16,457 nt of DNA. Origin: Octopus sinensis. Lineage: Eukaryota. A program made the position numbers and the translations under genes. The stretch covers positions 1-16,457 of the forward strand of contig NW_021825348.1 in NCBI RefSeq assembly GCF_006345805.1, read 5' to 3'. Shown one piece after another: positions 11,707 through 16,457 of the stretch (position 1 is its first letter; each line of letters opens with the position of its first letter). The notes below the pieces were generated by a model. That model saw only the letters and a list, made by a program, of their open reading frames with translations. It was not told where the DNA came from and made no database searches.

Positions 11707-11764
11707 ATATTATATATTATATAATATATATATATATATATATAACATACATATATATATATAT

Positions 11765-12183
11765 AAATATAAAACCGGGTAAACACATAATGTTAAACAA
11801 GGTGGAAAAAAGAGTACTCAAATACCAGGGGTAAGAGTAATATGCTTTATTTAAAAGCAGTAGAAATTCAACTAAAACCTGTACTCGGAGTTTCACGTTC
11901 CGTTCGTCAGACAGTTTTTAACAATATAACAGCTTTTGTTTTATTTCTGCTGCTTTTAGATAAAGTATACATATATTACTGTTTACTCTTAGACTTGTTC
12001 AGTCATTTGACTGCGGCCATGCTGGAGCACCGCCTTTAATCGAGCAACTCGACCCCGGACTTATTCTTTTGTAAGCCCAGTACTTATTCAATCGTCTCTT
12101 TTGCCGAACCGCTAAGTGACGGAGACATAAACACACCAGCATCGGTGGTCAAGCAATGCTAGGGGGGACAAACGCAGACACAC

Positions 12184-12232
<49 letters not shown>

Positions 12233-12240
12233 CACATATA
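11765..12240. repeat. ~600-bp-period tandem copy of 11165-11640
   Basis: Collinear; differences are mostly single-base indels. Confidence 0.9.
11873..11917 (-). ncRNA. Second copy of the 11276-11320 hammerhead, with two 1-nt deletions
   Basis: CTGACGA ACG(GAA)CGT GAAA CTCCGAG TA CAGG. Confidence 0.55.
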
Positions 12241-12412
12241 TATATATACATATATACGATGGGCTTCTTTCAGTTTCCGTCTACCAAATCCACTCACAAG
12301 GCATTGGTCGGCCCGGGGCTATAGCAGAAGACACTTGCCCAAGGTGCCACGCAGTGGGACTGAACCCGGAACCATGTGGTTGGTTAGCAAGCTACTTACC
12401 ACACAGCCACTC
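11985..12412 (-). mobile_element. SINE family A, near full length
   Basis: Ends CTACTTACCACACAGCCACTCC, the reverse complement of the head. Confidence 0.9.
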
Positions 12413-12850
12413 CATATATATATATATGTATATATATATACACATACATAAAGAGCAAACATACTGATTGACATAAGTATGTTGGTGTGAATGTAATCAT
12501 GTAGACGTGTGTGTGTGCGTGCATGTATGTGTATATAAATATATATATTGCTGTAAGTTAGGAATAATATTCCCTCAAATAATTATTATATATATACACA
12601 CACACATAGACAGAAAGAGACAGACAGACAGACAGGCAGACAGGTAGACGGGCGGGCAGACAGACGGACGGACAGATGGAGAGACAGATAGATAGACAAA
12701 GAGACAGACAGACCAATGGACGGATGGACGGATGGATGGACAGATAGGGAGATACAGATATATACACATACATAAAGAACTGATTGATATAAGTATGTTG
12801 GTGTGAATGTATGCATGTAGATGTGTGTGTGGTGTGTGTGTGTGTGCATG
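12413..12850. repeat. Compound microsatellite (TA, GACA, GATG, TG) with ~70-bp direct repeat (about 12444-12515 / 12770-12835)
   Basis: CATACATAAAGA...CTGATTGA.ATAAGTATGTTGGTGTGAATGTA occurs twice. Confidence 0.8.
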
Positions 12851-13396
12851 GGGAGGGAGTTCTCTTTAACCCATCCAACGCAGCACAACTGCATACAGCA
12901 ATCGGAACCCACGTGGCAAACTAAAATGAAAAGACGTCAATGGTGACGTCAGAAATTCTCACGCATCGACAAGGTTCCGTCCTTGAAGCTCTGTTATTAA
13001 AATGGTCTCTTTTATAAATAAACACCAACTCTTGTTACTCCCAGCTGTAAATGAATTTCATTGTTTTGAATTAAATCCTCCTTAATCAACCAGATCTAGC
13101 ATCAAAGACATTCCAGTCATGACTAACTGGTTTATCATTTTCTAACAAAGTGTTTTTAGATTTGCTCGTCTAACATGTTCTAAAGACTGTTTGGTTTGAG
13201 GATGATTTGGCTACTATTTCAGGGCAGCTAGAGTGATTGTGTAGAACAGTGTTTCTCAACAGTTTTGTTATCTGTGGAGCCCTCTGATCCCTGTTTCACT
13301 CACATGGACCCTCCTTGCCATTTGATGTTTAAAAAGTCCTGTTATATTTTTAGAATTGAATATTAGGGATTTTATGAAAATGAATCTTAAAATAAT

Positions 13397-13720
13397 AAGC
13401 AATAATAAATCTCTGAACGAGGTATAAACAGTAATTGCACGACAATGAGAGGTATAGTAGCCATCTCAATAGGCCATCCCCTCTCGCAAACCTAAGTGAT
13501 ACGCACGGACTCCAGTTTCGAGGTATTTGCCTCTTGTCAACGTACGGCAATCACCGGTTCACAATTAGGGGACCTGTTTGCAAACATCTATTTAATGTTT
13601 TTCCCAGTAACTTCCGTCACTGATTTCGAAAAACTGTCTCCAAGCAATAATAAATCTTTGAACGAGATGTAAACAGTAACCGCTCGACAACGTAAAGTAT
13701 ACTTGCCATCTCAATATGGC
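13397..13720 (-). mobile_element. ~1.3-mer of a 245-bp unit containing a hammerhead
   Basis: 75-bp direct repeats at 13397 and 13642 (63/75 identical). Confidence 0.7.
13496..13554 (-). ncRNA. Type I hammerhead ribozyme, U3-A8 core variant
   Basis: Minus strand: GTGAT-TGC-CGTACG TTGACAA GAGG(CAAATA)CCTC GAAA C(TGGA)G TC CGTGCG-T-ATCAC; predicted cut after 13508. Confidence 0.85.
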
Positions 13721-13773
13721 TAACTACTAAGGGTGGGTATTACTGTAGCTTGTAGGTGGTGGTGATGGTGGTG

Positions 13774-13885
13774 GTGGTGTTCTCTGTCTATTATTTTAAC
13801 TTCATCCCACAGGGAGGAGGTGGTCTCCATTTTCCCATACATGACCAGCTATACCCGATTTATCAATATCTCCTTGTGTCTCAGC
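13774..13885 (-). pseudogene. Inverted 5' piece of a Penelope-like GIY-YIG endonuclease C-terminus
   Basis: AETQGDIDKSGIAGHVWENGDHLLP /frameshift/ LWDEVKIIDREHH. Confidence 0.7.
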
Positions 13886-13924
13886 TTTGCGATGTTCATC
13901 GCAAAAAAAAAATAAATAAAAATA

Positions 13925-14080
13925 AAAATAATAGACAGAGAACACCACTGGAAAATAGGAAAACTAAAAGAAGCAGCACATATGCTAGGACACAACAACC
14001 TCCTAAGCAGACTGACTGCAGATATGAGCAGCATATGGGAACCGGTATTAAGGAAGGATAGGAGAATATTAGGTTTATAA
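13925..14080 (+). pseudogene. Penelope-like ORF 3' end
   Basis: IIDREHHWKIGKLKEAAHMLGHNNLLSRLTADMSSIWEPVLRKDRRILGL* (13928-14080), continuing the inverted piece; fits the S..AxH...H..W..V.I...E....KEA pattern of PLE endonucleases. Confidence 0.7.
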
Positions 14081-14109
14081 GCCCTAAAATTCACTCCATG
14101 ATTGCCCAC

Positions 14110-14180
14110 GGGCATATAGCGTAGTGGTTAAGAGCAAAGGTTACTAACCCCAAGATTCCGAGTTCAATTCCAGCGACCTG
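14110..14180 (+). promoter_or_regulatory. tRNA-derived Pol III promoter-like segment
   Basis: A box TAGCGTAGTGG 14117-14127 and B box GAGTTCAATTCC 14160-14171; cloverleaf imperfect. Confidence 0.65.
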
Positions 14181-14215
14181 AATAATAACAACAGCAACAT
14201 CGAAAAACACCCCAA

Positions 14216-14261
14216 GACACCTGATGAAGGCTGGAGGGTATATCAGCCGAAACGTTTTGTT
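14216..14261 (+). ncRNA. Minimal, degenerate Penelope-type hammerhead motif
   Basis: GACAC CTGATGA A GGCTG(GAGGGTATAT)CAGCC GAAA CG TT TTGTT; first stem I pair mismatched, N17=U. Confidence 0.55.
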
Positions 14262-14684
14262 AACAACAAACAAAATGAGGACAAATATTCGTCAATTGTA
14301 AATAATGTAAACTAATTTATTGCTGATAAATTTTGACAACAAAATCTTATGTGGACCCACAAGTGTCATGTAGACTGCGCCCCCCCCCCCCCACCAGGGT
14401 CATGTGCACATTCACCCCCCACCTCCAGGGTCACGTGGACTCTGGTTGAGAAGCACTGATGCTGAGGTTCCATACTTGATACCATTTAAGAGATTTTTGG
14501 AGTTTGGAAAGGAAGTCCTGATGGGAAATAGACAAATGCTCCTTTGATCTTAATTAACATATTTAATCAAAATAATATTTCCCCTCGTTATCGATAGCAT
14601 AATTAGGGGAAATTGTTGATTTCTTGGGTGTGAAATTCTTCAGGTTTCAAAGCAAGGAAACTCTCAATGTCATTTTTAACCTCT

Positions 14685-15140
14685 TCATCATCGTCATCAT
14701 CATCGTCGTCATCGTCGTCATCGTCATCACAACTTAACATCCATTTCAAATGCTGGTATGGGTTGGATGGTTTGACAGGAATCGGCAAGCCAGAGAGTTG
14801 TTTTGGCATGGATTCACCATCTACAGCCGGATGCCCTTCCTAATACCTATTTCTTTACTACCCACAAGAGGCTAAACACAGAGGGGACAAACAAGGACAG
14901 ACAAAGGGATTAAGTCGATTACATCGACCCCAGTGCGAAACTGGTACTTTATTTATCGACCCCGAAAGGATGAAAGGCAAAGTTGACCTCGGCGGAATTT
15001 GAACTCAGAACGTAACGGCAGACGAAATACAGCTAAGCATTTTGCCCGGTGCGCTAACGATTCTGCCAGCTTGCCCTTCCTAATACCATCCACTTGACAG
15101 TGTAGACTGAATGCTTTCTATTTGGCACCAGCACCAGTGC
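14685..15140 (-). mobile_element. Diverged RTE-type 3' tail split by a SINE B insertion
   Basis: (CAT/CGT)n tail, GGTTGGATGG, and GGATGCCCTTCCTAATACC resuming after the SINE. Confidence 0.7.
14848..15075 (-). mobile_element. SINE family B, full length, with 12-15-bp TSD
   Basis: GCCCTTCCTAATACC at 14833-14847 and 15073-15087. Confidence 0.93.
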
Positions 15141-15184
15141 TTTTCACATAATTAATAAACTGTTTTCCCTCTCAAAAAAATCTT

Positions 15185-15993
15185 CTTTTCCTGAATGACT
15201 TGGTCAATAATATGTGGTCTTGCATTGTCACGTAAGAGCCAACAGTTGACCAGTGATGGGTCCATTTTTCTGCAATGCTTCCAATTATTGACATACTTCC
15301 CTGCTTTAACTGTTTCTTTCTGGTTTAACCCTTCATGGTAGACGACACCCAGAACCCTGACCTCACTCAACCCAGAGCAGAACATTTCTCTGGTGCAGTC
15401 CTGCTTTGCAGATGGATTCTCAGTTGGCATTGGATGCTGTTCATTGTCCTTTTCAGTGGATGCGATTATAGAGCCCACTTGTGAGGATTCTAGCCAGGAA
15501 ACGTGGGGAAGAAAATGTCGAGTCTTCAGGGATGATTAGAAAACAGTATTTCGGTTGAGCTGACGGCCAGCGAGAGGAAGATTTCTTACAGCTTGCCATT
15601 TTTGAACTCGTACAACTTGCAGTGTCCGATGTGGATCTGATCTAAACTCATTTATGTAATTAATAAGCTTTTCTCCCTCTAAAAATTGTTGCAATGATCT
15701 GAAAAGATGAGTCAGATGGAACAAGACCAGAAGATGAAGGAGGATGAGGAGGCTGAACTTTCATATTTAGTGCCACGGATCTTTTCCTGAATGACTTGGT
15801 CAATATTATGTGGTCTTGCATTGTCACGTAAGAGCCAACAGTTGACCAGTGATGGGTCCATTTTTCTGCAATGCTTCCAATTATTGACATACTTCCCTGC
15901 TTTAACTGTTTCTTTCTGGTTTAACCCTTCATGGTAGACGACACCCAGAACCCTGACCTCACTCGACCCAGAGCAGAACATTTCTCTGGTGCA
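15185..15993 (-). pseudogene. Mariner (DD34D-type) transposase relic with 213-bp duplication
   Basis: GVVYHEGL...ETV...Y, PSLVN, LLRDNARPH, HPPSSSGLVPSD, HLFRSLQQFLEG (cf. LLHDNARPH and HPPYSPDLAPSDYHLFRSL). Confidence 0.88.
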
Positions 15994-16165
15994 TTCTCTG
16001 GTAAAAAATTAGCAGAAATTTTACCTCATTTGTTGAAATAATCTGCAAAAAAAAGAAAAGAACATTAGAATATAAGAATTAATGTTTATTTTATTCTAAG
16101 TGCTGAAAAGACAGCCACAAAGGGATCGTCTCAAAAATGCAATAGGACTTTTTTTCCAAACTTAA

Positions 16166-16240
16166 TATGCAGGGTGCAGTGAATAAGTTGTTGTCTAAAT
16201 TACACAAAATTGAAAATAACACTGACATCTCATTTTAACA
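16166..16240. mobile_element. Tc1/mariner-like terminus fragment
   Basis: CAGGGTGCAGTGAATAAGTTGTTGTC resembles 3889-3917. Confidence 0.45.
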
Positions 16241-16241
16241 T

Positions 16242-16457
16242 CTCAATCGAAGGAGAGGGGCTTTCTCCGTCCAGGTTGTGGATCTGTGGAATAAGCTGCC
16301 GGACGAGATAGTGAAGATGCCGACGACCACTCGGTTCAAAGTCTCCCTTGACCACAAATGGCTTGAACTCGTTACATGAACACCCTCCCTGTACATAACT
16401 CCATGTCCCCCTACATGGCCTTGCTTTTTGCTTTTTGAGCCAAAATTAACTAACTAA
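16242..16457 (+). mobile_element. Second CR1-clade LINE extreme 3' end
   Basis: LNRRRGAFSVQVVDLWNKLPDEIVKMPTTTRFKVSLDHKWLELVT* (stop at 16379), then UTR and (TAAC)n tail. Confidence 0.85.

Larger units (their letters stand above)
13247..14458. mobile_element. Probable hAT (Charlie-like) non-autonomous element carrying nested insertions
   Basis: CAGTGTTTCTCAAC ... GTTGAGAAGCACTG (13/14 inverted match) and subterminal GTGGAC-like motifs; the 8-bp flanks match only 4/8. Confidence 0.6.

Noticed and set aside
12960-12995. TCGACAAGG-TTCCGT-CCTTGAAGCTC resembling a hammerhead
   Set aside because: Too many core deviations and no convincing stem I.
14110-14180. Functional tRNA gene
   Set aside because: Anticodon and T stems are broken and there is no acceptor-stem partner; kept only as a promoter-like segment.

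Overview
AT-rich, microsatellite-dense eukaryotic DNA made almost entirely of transposable-element debris. The SINE families and repeat landscape look like Octopus (recognised from memory, not verified by search). No host protein-coding gene can be supported, and most track ORFs are microsatellite or repeat artefacts. Identifiable parts: two CR1-type LINE 3' ends, a ~2 kb decayed L1/Tx1-type RT region, several RTE-type 3' tails, two abundant SINE families, mariner and probable hAT relics, a Penelope-like GIY-YIG C-terminal fragment with an inverted 5' piece, several fold-back elements beside (TA)n, and local duplications. The main unexpected signal is a set of type I hammerhead ribozyme (HHR) motifs in at least five unrelated short repeats. 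Two of them (9493-9551 +, 13496-13554 -) carry the non-canonical but compensatory core UUGACAA (U3-A8 instead of C3-G8). They share loop II CAAAUA and stem I geometry while their stem sequences differ. All folds were done by eye and no activity is shown.
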